Below are positions 11,300 through 22,845 of a stretch of 64,000 nucleotides of DNA, piece by piece (position 1 is the stretch's first letter; each line of letters opens with the position of its first letter). Source of the DNA: Octopus bimaculoides (taxonomy: Eukaryota); the NCBI RefSeq assembly GCF_001194135.2, contig NC_068996.1:6328791-6392790 (forward strand), given 5' to 3'. Below the pieces are notes generated by a model. The model saw only the letters and a program-made list of their open reading frames with translations, was not told the DNA's origin and made no database searches. A program made the translations under genes and the position numbers.

Positions 11300-12630
11300 A
11301 AGAATTGGTCCTGAACTTCTTAGTTATGTCCAGGAGAACTATAACAGACTAAAGTGAACTGAAGACCACTTGATTGCAAGCTAAATACCTTGTTAAAACT
11401 GTTGCTAACATCTCAGAAGTCATTCATTTACATCTAGTTTTCCCAGCAGCCACCAGACAATAGAGTATTGAACTAAAAAGCCTTCTCACATAAACAAATT
11501 AGGTATCGGGACTTGCTCTTTACTAAGAAGAAAACATCAGTGGTACTTTGTTGTAACACAATCCTCAACTGCATCTCATTTAAGTTCATTTTTGCACCCC
11601 GTATTATGTACCTAACTTGGTTCTTCAGGTGCTTCTATAGTCACACATTTATTTTTTTAAAAGTATTTCCTTTGCTCTTCTAGAAATTGTTGATGACATT
11701 ATTACACAAGTCATTAGGAATGAACCCTCATTTACCCTTCATGTCCAACTTTGTTGAATATTTTCAGCATCACTGCAATGGTTCCAGATGAGTCAGTCAC
11801 TTTTCCTGCCCTAATATCCTCAATAACCATTTCAACCATATAGTATCAATTGCAATAGTTGATCCCTCTGTTGGGCTAGTCCCCATGGAATAGTCCCCTC
11901 GCCCACACCTTTACAACAATTCTCTTCATAACCTCTGCTAATAACATTTTCCCTGCCTCTTTCTGCTTTGCATCAGTGAGGGCTACTGCGCTACTATCAT
12001 TACATACACAAATCTTGCCAACAATGTCCTGATTCATATTCAAATATTTCTTTGCAATTCATAGTGCCTGATACCTCTGATTCTTATGTTTCAGAATATT
12101 GGCAAACATTTTATTTTCTGTTTCTTCTCTCAAAATTACATATAGCTAATATCTAACCGTTCTTCTATCAAGTGGATGTTGTTCCTTGCTCTTTGCAGAT
12201 TGATTCCCAGAAAGTCTTAGTTGTCTTCTACATCAGCAATCTCCAACATTTTTTTGGGTCCACAGACCAAGGGATCGTGCACATAACACAATAAAATGCA
12301 TAATTTAATTACTAAATATATAATAGAATAACACTCTGCAGACTGCAATATTCAACAAAATAGAAATAAAATTTAATAATTCATTCTTCCCATTTGTTCC
12401 AATGATCTATGGCCTGGCATTGTCTAAAACTTGATGTTCTATGGCATAAATTGCTATTCCTTTTCCTTCTTGCAAAAAGCACTGTCTTGGACTGCTTTAA
12501 ACTTGGGAAATCTTTTAGCTTCCAAGCCATTCTTCTTCAGTTTGGCTTCTACCTCAGAGTCTATTTAGCATGTTCCCTAATATCACTAATCACTGGTCTA
12601 TTTTAATTGTGCATTCTTTACTCAGGCATT
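11300..12630 (-). pseudogene. degenerate RTE-clade LINE ORF (linker plus N-terminal RT), interrupted by a MITE-like insert near 12233-12400
   Basis: Minus-strand fragments IRAGKVTDSSGTIAVMLKI, FIPNDLCNNVINNF*KSKG, MNLNEMQ...STTDVFFLV, EKAF and IVWWLLGKLDVNE*LLR are collinear with RTE RT motifs (GKAPGPSGI.AEMLK, IPNDW, MQFGF..STTDAIF, EKAFD, WWSMRKLG). Many stops and frameshifts. Confidence 0.75.
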
Positions 12631-12639
12631 CCATCAGTG

Positions 12640-12945
12640 ATGATGATGATGGTTCCAGTTGATCCAACCAAAGGAACAGTCTGCTTGTAAAATTAACATG
12701 CATGTGGCTGAGTACTGCACAGACACACGTACTCTTAACACAGTTCTCAAGGAGATGTAGCATGACACAGAATGTGTCGAGGCTGGCCCCTTGAAGTACA
12801 GGTACAACTCATTTTTGCCAGATGAGTGGACTGGAGCAACGTGAAATAAAGTGTCTTGCTCAAGGACATGTGTCATTGGAAATTGAACTCATGACCTTAC
12901 AATCATGAGCCAAATACCTTAACCACTAAGCCAAAAGCCTTCACA
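12640..12945 (-). mobile_element. tRNA-headed SINE family S5
   Basis: Reverse complement of 33346-33641 (GTGTCCTTGAGCAAGACACTTTATTTCACGTTGCTCCAGTCCACTCA...CCTGTATTTCAAAGGG). Confidence 0.8.
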
Positions 12946-13788
12946 AATTCTTTACTAGAGACTTAGAATTCCCAATCATCTGCATAACCTGTGAGTGTGA
13001 TGCCTACCTGGCTCATATCTGAGATTATGTACACACATACACAAACACACACACACACAAATACACTTATAATACAAAGGCACTTCATAGCCAGTCTCAT
13101 TACTGAGAATGTGAAAGTTGAATTAGATGTGAGGTACCATCTGTAATAACCATAAATAATTCTTGCTCCTCATTATTAAGTACTGTCTGGAATTTCTTGT
13201 CTGTACCTACATGCACTGTACACACACACGCACACACACACAATGGGTGCAGACATGTCTGCAAGGTTAAGAAGTTTCTTTCACAACCATATGGTTTCAG
13301 GTTCAGTCCCACAGCATGGCACCTCGGGCAAGTGTCTTGTTCTATAACCCTGGCAGTAGAAAATCTGCCTCATTGAATTCCATTTGACCAATTCAAGCAG
13401 AGAAAAGTAGATGTTAAAATGACGATGATTACACACACACACTAAATGGCATAGGTTGAATATTATAAATATTTTTTTCATTTGTCAGTGGGTGTTGATA
13501 ATATTTCTTAATGAATTTAAAAAGTATTTATTTCACAAGAAACATTACACACATACATACATGCATATATACACACTCAAACATACAGTCATTTACCTGA
13601 CCACACATACATTTTTCAAATCATTCTATATTCACATCCTTTTTATGCCAGGACAAAATTCTCTCTCTCTCTCTTTTTCTCTCTCTCTCCACACGCAAAT
13701 CCCTATATTGTCAGAGTGACTATCTTCACAACTATACACCTTTCTTATCATTTAGCCACTCAGTCAAGAAGCAAAAGTTATGCCACTG

Positions 13789-13980
13789 TCATCATCATCA
13801 TCATCGTTTAACGTCTGCTTTCCATGCTAGCATGGGTTGGACGATTTGACTGAAGACTGGTGAAACCGGATGGCAACACCAGGCTCCAATCTGATTTGGC
13901 AGAGTTTCTACAGCTGGATGCCCTTCCTAACGCCAACCACTCAGAGAGTGTAGTGGGTGCTTTTACGTGCCACCGGCACC
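13789..13980 (-). mobile_element. family S3 RTE-tail retroposon
   Basis: Near-identical to 21814-21990 and the reverse complement of 25790-25950. Confidence 0.85.
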
Positions 13981-14197
13981 GTTGTTTAAAATCTCAAGTC
14001 TGCCTAAATGTATCAAATCTATGATAAGACATTCCATCTGTGACCGTCACCTCTTTTTGTATATAGTAGGACCTACAGTTCCCAGCATGCCCTTGCCTAT
14101 TGTTTTTAAAGACAGTACTGTATGATTCAGGGGAGGTGCTTGCTTGCTATTTCTAGCAGAATAAGTAACCAGGTAGAAACTTCCTTGTTGGCTAGTA

Positions 14198-14289
14198 GTG
14201 TAACTTGATTGGTCAGTAAGTCAGACCAAGGAGTGTGTAACTTGATTGGTCAGTAAGTCAGACCAAGGAGTGTGTAACTTGATTGGTCA
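14198..14289. repeat. 37-bp tandem repeat, 2.5 copies
   Basis: GTGTAACTTGATTGGTCAGTAAGTCAGACCAAGGAGT at 14198-14234 and 14235-14271, partial at 14272-14289; perfect identity. Confidence 0.95.
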
Positions 14290-15107
14290 ACGAGTCACCC
14301 CACAGTCCTTGAAACTCATATCCATATAATCATTATTTTACACAACCATGATGCTCCTGCACACTCAGTTCAATGACAGAGCCTCTGTACAGTTGGTGAA
14401 CTTGTTAGACATAGCAGTGAAGTCACCCTCAGGTTATGTGTCCAACAGTTTTAAATAAAGAAAGGTCTATATTAGATGGTTTAGTCTCAGACAATCCACT
14501 AAAAGACAGTGTGGTCATGACCACTGTCTTAATTATGGCTGACCATTGTGTCTGTTCAATTAAGGCTGAGCCTTGGACTCAAAAATAACAACACACAGAA
14601 TTTCAATGGTAACTAATTGCATTAATTATTTTGTCTTCAGTGACTCAAACTTTTGTAAATATTGTAATGACAGCAAACCTAAGAACAAACTGTTTGCTGA
14701 TCCAATGAGAGAACCTCCTCGTGTAGTTTTGCAACATGGCAGAAATAACAGCTAAATCTCCCTCAAATAATACACAACTGTTTTAAGTAAAGAAAGAATG
14801 CAAAGAAAGGTAAAAAAAATTACACAATAAAAAGTTAAGAAGGTCATAATTGGAGTGCCTTTGATTATATTTTTTTCTTTATCATAAATGACCTGGGGCT
14901 ACACAACTACAAATGTATTTGAACCTTTTATCCTGTCAAATGCAATGCTTATTTATTCACATTACGACCACTCTGGTAAATACTTATTTCTTCACATTGT
15001 TTTGAATTTATCATAGTTTTGGGATTTCAATGATGTGATTGTCTATCTTTAGGATGACGTAGTAGGGTTGGTGGGAGGGGCCAATCTAGCCAGGTTAAAG
15101 GCTAAAA

Positions 15108-16350
15108 GGATGCCCCGCTCAATCTGTAGAAAAAGGTGTAGGTAGAAACTCCATAAGGTGCACCCAGTGTAAGCTTTGAACACATAAAAGGTGCAGCAAT
15201 ATCAGAGGAAGGTTAACAGGGAAACTAGCTTTTGTGTGCAGAAGAAGCACAGGTACAATAAATGCTGAAAATTTGCAGAAAATAGACTCCATCAACTGCT
15301 AGAGGGGCAAGCTAGATATAGTAGATAGCTTCCATTATCTAGGTGACCAAGTTAGTAGCAGAGGTGGATGCTCTGAGAGCGTAGCCGTGAGAATAAGAAT
15401 AGGCTGGGCAAAGTTTAGAGTGCTCCTACCTCTGCTGGCAACAAAAGGCTTCTTTCTCAGAGTGAAAGGCAGATTGTTTGATGCCTGTGTGTGAACAGCT
15501 ATGCCGTATGGCAGTGAAACATGGGCTGTGACAGCTGAGAACATGCATAGGCTTGAAAGAAATGAAGCCAGTATGCTTCGCTGGATGTGCAACGTCTGTG
15601 TGCATGTTCGACAGATTGTAAGCATCTTGAGAGAAAAGTTAGGTGTAAGAGGCACCATATGTGGTGTGCAAGAGAGATGACCGCACTGGTATGGTTACGT
15701 AATGAATATGGACGAGATCAGCTGTGTAAAGAAGTGCCGATCTCTAACTGTGGAAGGAACTTGCGGTAGAGGTAGACCAGGAAGACATGATTTTCAAACT
15801 CTGAACTTCACAGAGATAATGACTAGTGATTCAGACCTTTGGTGATGTGCTGTGCTTGAGAGGACCCGTCAAGCCAAGTGCACCCATGCTGATGGCATGT
15901 AAAGAATGCCTTTGGAGTGTTGGGTCTCACAGAGGCAAAGTACCTGAGTTCCTTTGGAGTGTTGGGCCTCATGGAGGCAAATTGGCCGAGTTCCTTTCGA
16001 GTGTTGGGCATCATGGAGGCAATGACTGAGACCTTTGGTATTATGCTATACTTAAGAAGAAGACCCATCAAGCTGAGCAAAATCACAGTCATAACAGATA
16101 CCGGTGTCACGCAAATTGGCACCCATGCCAGTGGCATGTAAAAGTACCCTGATGTCATGCAAATGGTACCAGTGCTGGTAGCATGTAAAATCACCCATTA
16201 CACTCTCAGAGAGGTTGGTGTTAGGAAGGGCATCCAGCTGTAGAAACACTGCCAGATCAGACAGGAGTCTGACGCAGCCCTCCAGCTTGCCAGCCCTGGT
16301 CAAACTGTCCAACCCATACCAGCATGGACAACAGATGTTAAATGACGAAG
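15108..16350 (+). mobile_element. 5'-truncated RTE-clade LINE (C-terminal ORF, 3' UTR with 42-bp repeats, tail)
   Basis: Translation SFHYLGDQVSSRGGCSESVAVRIRIGWAKFRVLLPLLATKG...YGSETWAVTAENMHRLERNEASMLRWMCNV...GRGRP matches the RTE C-terminus. An upstream Cys-rich segment (GVGRNSIRCTQCKL*THKRCS) is present; stops are present. Confidence 0.88.
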
Positions 16351-16489
16351 AAGAAGATATTTATAACCCTTTAGCATTCATATTATTCTGTAAAATGTAA
16401 TGCTTATTAATTCACATTGTTTTGAATTTATCATGCATTATCTCATGCTGTACATCTGCATGCAAGTGAATGTGTGAGAGAGAGGTTGC

Positions 16490-16745
16490 CAAATCTACAT
16501 CCAAAACACTAGGCTTCCTCTTTAACACCAGTAAACACTCCAGTCCTGGTCATTTATTAACCCTTTACAGTGATAAAACAGCATTGACATTGGACTATTC
16601 AAACGTTCTAGACTTCATACAAAGAAAAAAAGAGAAGCAATTCAACTGATTGGCAAAGATTCATTTACCAACACACTGGCTGCCTGCCACCCTTACTATA
16701 AATTCAAGCTAAACAATAACTGTCTCACTAGTCTGGCAAAGCATG
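16490..16745 (+). pseudogene. very degenerate CR1/L2-like LINE C-terminal fragment
   Basis: SKTLGFLFNTSKHSSPGHLLTLYS aligns with the fragment at 19700 and with the CR1-like LGFLFRAR.YF.P.QLLTLYKAQ motif. Confidence 0.45.
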
Positions 16746-17132
16746 CAAAAGGTCATCAGACCCTCTACTCCTACCCTACCTTGTCTTGCGACCGAATAAA
16801 TGAAAAAGAAAGGTGAAACTGAAACAGTGAACATTACAATATATTAATAATATATCTAGGACGAGATCAGAAACAATATATATATATATATATGTGTGTA
16901 TATATTTACATACATACATATATAGATGCATATATTCAAATACACATATATGTACACAAACGTACATGCATGCACACACACACAATTGTAGTTTGTGATT
17001 CTGTTAGAAATGGAAAGAACTACAATAAAAGTCAAGTAATCAATACATTAAGTAAAGGGTTAACTTTGCAACAAATTTGCAAAGAGTACAACAATATTCC
17101 TGCAAGAGATTCTTTATGACGTAAATGCACAT

Positions 17133-17167
<35 letters not shown>

Positions 17168-17168
<1 letters not shown>

Positions 17169-18046
17169 GTCTGATCAATAAGTATCCGGACTGTTGCCAT
17201 AGTAACAAAGCTAAAGTACAGAGAGTGAAGCCGCTTGGCAGATTGACCTTGAACTCTGCAGTGCATATGCACTAAGTTTTAATGTTCTAACTCACTTCTG
17301 CTGTTTACAGCAGTGCTTGAAAGGAAGATGTGTAGCGTGTAATCATTACATTGATCATGACAAAGAAAGTTGAGCAGAGAATCTGCATCAAATTTTGCTA
17401 AAAGCTTGGTGATACCTGCTCAGAGGCTGAGGTAAAGTTTTCATTGTTCTTGACACAATCAAGGAGATCTTGTGCAACTGAAACCTGAGTGTCTATTTGG
17501 TCAGCTGAAAGCAGTTTTGGCACAAACTTGGCAGACATGTACCTCATACCCAAATCTTCAGTGATAATGGACTGAACTGAACCATAACTAATCTGCACAT
17601 TCTCTGATAACTCATGGATGGTGATTCGACAATTTCTCCTCACAGCTGCATGTACATCTGCAATGTTTTTCTCAGTTCTGCTGGTTGCAGGTCTCCTAGA
17701 ACGTTCATCACTATCGACATTTGTTTGGCCATCTTGGAAATATATGAACCACCCGTACACTTATGTGTGGCTTATGCACTCTTCTCCATATACTTTCTGG
17801 AACTTTGCATAGGCCTCTGAGCAAGTATCGCCATGACAGCTTTCTCTGTCATAGTCAATGTGACGATCACATGCTACACACCTTCCTTCCGAGCACTACT
17901 GTAAACAGTGGAAGTGAGCTAGAACATAAAAACTTAGTGCACATACATAGCAGAGCTCAAGGTAAATCTGTGCCAAGTGGCTTCACTCTGCATGCTTTAG
18001 CTCAGTTACTATGGCAACAGTCTGGATACTTATTGATTAGACCTCG
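17168..18046. mobile_element. non-autonomous mariner derivative made of two 5' ends in inverted orientation
   Basis: Both ends carry GGTCT(G/A)ATCAATAAGTATCC(G/A)GACTGTTGCCATAGTAAC. The left arm encodes MTKKVEQRICIKFC*KLGDTCSEA (+). The right arm encodes ...GDTCSEAYAKFQKVYG...SAKFVPKLLS...NENF (-), a mariner N-terminus; no catalytic domain. Confidence 0.85.
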
Positions 18047-18761
18047 TGTATATATATATGTATATATATATATATATATNNNNNNNNNNNNNNNNNNNNN
18101 NNNNNNNNNNNNTATGTATGTATGTATGTATGTATGTATGTATGTATGTATGTATACATGTATGAACTTATGTGTGTGTATGTGTACACACACACAAGAT
18201 GCACCACAAATTTTTGGCATCCTTGGTTCCTGACTCACGCCAGGTTATCGATTTCTATCTTATCAATGGAAAGAGGTCACATAATAATAATTCATAAAGA
18301 CCGCTGCCATGTTTTTAATAAATATTTCCTACTTAATCTCTGTGACATAACTTTGTTACTTCATTAGAAACATGTTATTGAGATGGAAACGTTCTACCAA
18401 ACTTTCAAATACATTAGTATGAAGACAAAACCTAATGCCACATGCTAACTTTCTAACTACAAGCACCCCACACCCTGTCCATCAGACCCTCTCTTGAAAA
18501 GTAAATGTGAAGGGCATACAAGTTACCTTTACCTCTTTCAGTTCACACTGGAGAATTGTATTCTCTTCAGTGAAAGGTTAAGTTATATTAACTTGCTCTT
18601 GAGTGAAAGAGCAAGAAGGGGGAAGAGCAAGAAGGGGGAAGAGAAAGAAGGGGGAAGAGAAAGAGGGGGGGAAGAGAGAGAGGAAAGTCCTAAGGGAATT
18701 AGCAAGTGGTGTTTTGTTTCGTGTTAAGTCTTTAGCATTCAGATCAAATATGAGATTTATA

Positions 18762-18960
18762 TACTCTTTTACTAGTTTCAGTCATTTGACTGCAGCCCTG
18801 CTGGAGCACCGCCTTTAATTGAGCAAGGACTTATTCTTTGTAAGCTTAGTACTTATTCTATCAGTCTGTTTTGCTGAACTGCTAAGTTACAGGGACATAA
18901 ATGCACAAGTATTGGTTGTCAAGCGATGTTAGTGGGGACAAACACAGACAACACAAATAT

Positions 18961-19016
<56 letters not shown>

Positions 19017-19140
19017 GATGGGCTTCTTTCAGTTTCTCTCTACCAAATCCACTCACAAGGTTTTGGTCGGCCATGCAGTGGGACTGAACCCAGAACCATG
19101 TGGTTGGTAAGCAAGCTACTTACCACACAGCCACTCCTTC
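18762..19140 (-). mobile_element. SINE family S2
   Basis: Same structure as 10170-10568, with internal (TA)n at 18960-19015 and a head deletion. Confidence 0.85.
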
Positions 19141-19493
19141 ACATTCTTTAAAAATTTGCCATGCATTGTCTCATAGCTTCATGATTTTGATGATGTGATT
19201 GTTTTTTTTTTGAAAGAATTTTAGTGTGGGTGTTAGAGGCTGGATCTAGCTTGCTTGAACATAAAACAGGTAGAATATCTGGGCTGGATATGGCCAGTTT
19301 AAATGCTATATTTAAACTGGCCATTTCCACCTTCATGTGAACAAATGAATGTGTGTTTGTAAAAGCTTTGCAATGGAAAGTTATTTATAAGGGTCATGCC
19401 CTCACATAATTATGTTCAGATTGAAAGAGGTAAAGGTTCATCAGTTGCCAGGAAATGTGTAGCGTACCTGTATACGATTCCTTTCAAAAGCTG

Positions 19494-19688
19494 CAGGAGT
19501 TCTCAAACATTTTTACCTATGGATCCCTTCTGATGGACCCCAATAACAATTTGATGTTTAAAAACTAGTTTAACTTGTTGAATTATTTTCAGGGGCCCTT
19601 AAAATACTGTTGTGGATTTCCAATTTATTCTTTTGTTAGGTGGACCCCCAAACCAAAATCTTATATGGATCCCAGTTGAGAACCACTG
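19494..19688. mobile_element. hAT (Charlie-like) MITE
   Basis: Ends CAGGAGTTCTCAAAC / GTTGAGAACCACTG; interior homologous to 46053-46278. No TSD recognisable. Confidence 0.65.
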
Positions 19689-19699
19689 CTCAACATCAT

Positions 19700-20000
19700 C
19701 ACAACAACAGGCTCTTTTTTTTCAAGGCCAGAAGATATTTCAGTCCTCAACAATTACTGGTATTCTATAAAGCTCAAATGAGACCCATAATAAAGTATTA
19801 CTCTCATACCTGGAACAGTGTTGCTGCAGCTGCACACACAGACATCCAGAAAAGAGCTATTTGACAGAAAATCATTCATAGGCACCTCTGGCCAACAGGT
19901 GGACAGCCTCTGTTCTCTCCTTTTTTTTACCATTACCATAGCAATCTGCAATTGGGCAATTCCCATCCATCACCCTTGTTTTCCCTCTCTTCCCATCCTA
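19700..20000 (+). pseudogene. CR1/L2-like LINE C-terminal fragment
   Basis: RLFFFKARRYFSPQQLLVFYKAQMRPIIKYYSHTWN...IQKRAI matches the LYKAQVRP.LEYCSHIW motif of CR1/Jockey-group RT C-termini. Confidence 0.7.
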
Positions 20001-20282
20001 AGTTCTGCACTAATCATTATGCTCAGACTTTCCTTCCTAGAATGTCAGTCTTCTGTGATTCTTTCCCAGCTCATGCCTTTTCCACAAGTGTTAACTTATA
20101 GGCTTCAAGAGGAACCTGAGGGGCATCCATCTCACCTGAAATTGCAAAGACCAAGGACACTGTTTGTCCTCAACCTTCAGACATATGAGTAAGAAAAGGA
20201 AAAATTGATGCATTCTGTGATATAAAAATGTGTGTGTGTGTGTGTGTAAATAAATAATATGAAAAAAAAAACGTGTAATTAC

Positions 20283-20836
20283 CATGGATTGCTTTGAAGG
20301 AAAATAACGAGATTCTGAAGTTGTATTAAGATAAGATGACTGTTGGTTTTCTGTACCACCATCCCAACATTTTGTTGGTTGGGTATCACCACTTGCCTGC
20401 CCCATACTATGATCACAGGTTGCTATAGATTTTGGTTTCGGAGAAAACTGGTTCTGATTCCGACTTAATTTCCGGTGAATTAATGGACTAATATTTGATT
20501 CAAGTGAAACACCTGAGTCACTGCTCGGTTTACTAAAATCACCAAGGACATGATGCTTTTCTCGTAGAACCAGACTATCACTGTCTTCTGAAGGTAACAG
20601 TTGTCCTGGCAAACTGTTCTTTCTTTCAGCAGAAATTTCTGATGATGATCTAAGTAACAAAGACCTAGGTTTGGCAGGAACCGGCGGTGGGCAAGGTTTT
20701 ATCCTTTCTTCTTTCTGTTTTGCTTTAGCTTCTGGTTTCGTTACTTCAAATTTTTTAACTCGCTGCTTCACAGAAACTTGACTGTCGGAATTTTCTTCCT
20801 CTTTGGAAACAAAAGGATCTGTTCGTTCAGCTGATT
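20283..20836 (-). CDS. internal coding exon of an unidentified large gene (disordered, Pro/Ser-rich)
   Basis: 554-nt open exon with acceptor ATTTTCTTTTGCAG|AATC and donor ATG|GTAATT, phase 1 to 0. Encodes (E)SAERTDPFVSKEEENSDSQVSVKQRVKKFEVTKPEAK...PPPVPAKPRS...RYFPSKQSM. Unique sequence, non-repetitive codon-like composition. Confidence 0.8.
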
Positions 20837-21007
20837 CTGCAAAAGAAAATCAGATAAAAACAACAATTAATATTATTTGTTTTTGTATTTACCAAAAAGA
20901 CCAAGAAAAAAAATAAATTTACTGAAAAAAAGTTATAAATTTGAAACCTTTAAAATATTGAAAAAAAATAAGAGAAAAAAATACTCCTAAACATTTATCC
21001 ACATACT

Positions 21008-21228
21008 GGTTTCAAATTCTGGCACAAGGCCAGCCACTTTAGAAGAAGGAGCAAATCGATTAGATTGACTCCAGTGCTCAACTGGTACTTATTTTATCAA
21101 TCCCAAAAGGATGAAAGGAAAAAAAAATCAATCCCAGCAATATTTGAACTCAGAATTTAAAGTCAGAATAAATGTTGCCAAGCATTTTGTCTGGCACGGT
21201 AATGATTCTGTCAGTTCACTGTCTTATT
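21008..21228 (-). mobile_element. SINE family S1
   Basis: GGCACAAGGCC...CTGGTACTTATTTTATCAATCCCAAAAGGATGAAAGG...TTTGAACTCAGAA; further copies at 32022-32150, 44762-44975, 57150-57270 and 62296-62500. Confidence 0.8.
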
Positions 21229-21533
21229 TAGCCAATATATTCATTCATAAACTTGTTCACTGGTAGAAAATAGATTCATGAAACATATTTAAATCCACAA
21301 TGGCATGGGAAAACAACTCAAGGTTTGATTCATCCCTTCCTTTTCTTCATAAATATATAAATTAAAAAAAAAGTCAAAAGTCTTCTTTGAAAGTCAAGCA
21401 CCATTTGATTTATGAAGTTATAAATGTTCCACTGATTCATTCTATTGTTGTTGTTGTTGTTGTAGTTAAGCTACGATTCATCCCATGATTCAGCAGAATC
21501 ATGACTCAAGGTGTTGCAGCCATGACTTTTACA

Positions 21534-21588
<55 letters not shown>

Positions 21589-21632
21589 TTGTTTTGCAAG
21601 ATTTTTTATGTGAAATCGTGTGTTCCCCAAGT

Positions 21633-21665
<33 letters not shown>

Positions 21666-21813
21666 ATCATTTAATGCCTGTTTTCTATTGGCATGGGTTT
21701 CATGGTTTGACAGGAAGTGGCAAGTCAGAAGACTGCACCAGGCTCTAGTTATCTGTTTTGGCATGATTTCTACAGCTGGATACCCTTCTTAATGTCAACT
21801 ATTATACAGAGTA

Positions 21814-22200
21814 TATCATCATCATCGTTTAACGTCCGCTTTCCATGCTAGCATGGGTTGGACGATTTGACTGAGGACTGGTGAAACCGGATGGCAACAC
21901 CAGGCTCCAGTCTGATTTGGCAGAGTTTCTACAGCTGGATGCCCTTCCTAACGCCAACCACTCAGAGAGTGTAGTGGGTGCTTTTACGTGTCACCCGCAC
22001 GAAAACGGCCACGCTCGAAATGGTGTCTTTTATGTGCCACCCGCACAAGCCAGTCCAGGGGCACTGGCAACGATCTCGCTCGAAAATCCTACAGGAGCCA
22101 GTCAGGCGGTACTGGCAACGGCCACGCTCAAAATGGTGCATCTCATGTGCCACCCGCACAAGAACCAGTCCAGGGGCACTGGCAACGATCTTACTTGGCT
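21814..22200 (-). mobile_element. young family S3 retroposon with internal tandem repeats
   Basis: S3 tail at 21814-21990, then GTGCCACCCGCACAAG..CCAGTCCAGGGGCACTGGCAACGATC repeated at about 22034 and 22148. CpG-rich, so probably recent. Confidence 0.88.
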
Positions 22201-22800
22201 TGCCATTGGATGCCCTTCCAAATGTCAATCACTTAAAAATGTGAACTGGAAGCTTTGATATAACATATAATTAATTAGAAATTGACAACGAGGGTGCATC
22301 CACATGATTACTCAACCTGCTAAAACAGCAGTCAAATCTTCCATGAATCACATCTTAATATCGTGAGAAATGGTACACTGGATAATGTAAATGTTATATT
22401 GTCTTCGAGAAAGATAGGCTGGTTGTGACTGGAATTCCTTTGTTGGTAAGTCTGCTCAATCAATGTTGTCCTGGGACTAAACAGCTATACAACATAGTAA
22501 CCTTCACAAACACTGCTAATACATCTCAAGTCAAGATGGGTTTTTTTTTTTACCTTTTACTTGTGTCAGTCAATTGACTGTGACTATGCTGGGGTAACAC
22601 TTTGAAGAATTTTTAGGCAAATGAATCGACCCCAGGACTTTTTTTTTTTTAAAGCCTGATACATAATCTATTGGTCCCTTTTGCTGAACTGCTAGATCAT
22701 GGTGATGTAAACACACCAACACCAGTTGTCAGATGGTGGTGGTGGGACAGACACAGACACAAAGACACACACACACGTAGATATGTGAATCTCTCTCTCT

Positions 22801-22845
<45 letters not shown>

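Noticed and set aside
20091-20282. 3' extension of the 226-aa ORF beyond the donor
   Set aside because: It runs into A-rich and (TG)n intronic sequence after a good GT donor; not coding.
21990-22200. Repeat-spacer-like pattern resembling a CRISPR array
   Set aside because: The intervening sequences are themselves repeats, the context is a eukaryotic retroposon, and there are no cas genes.
21881-22258. Recurring 80-125 aa ORFs (MKPDGNTRLQSDLAEF..., MSPARKRPRSKW...) found at several loci
   Set aside because: They are translations of the S3 repeat in several frames on both strands; no evidence of a protein family.
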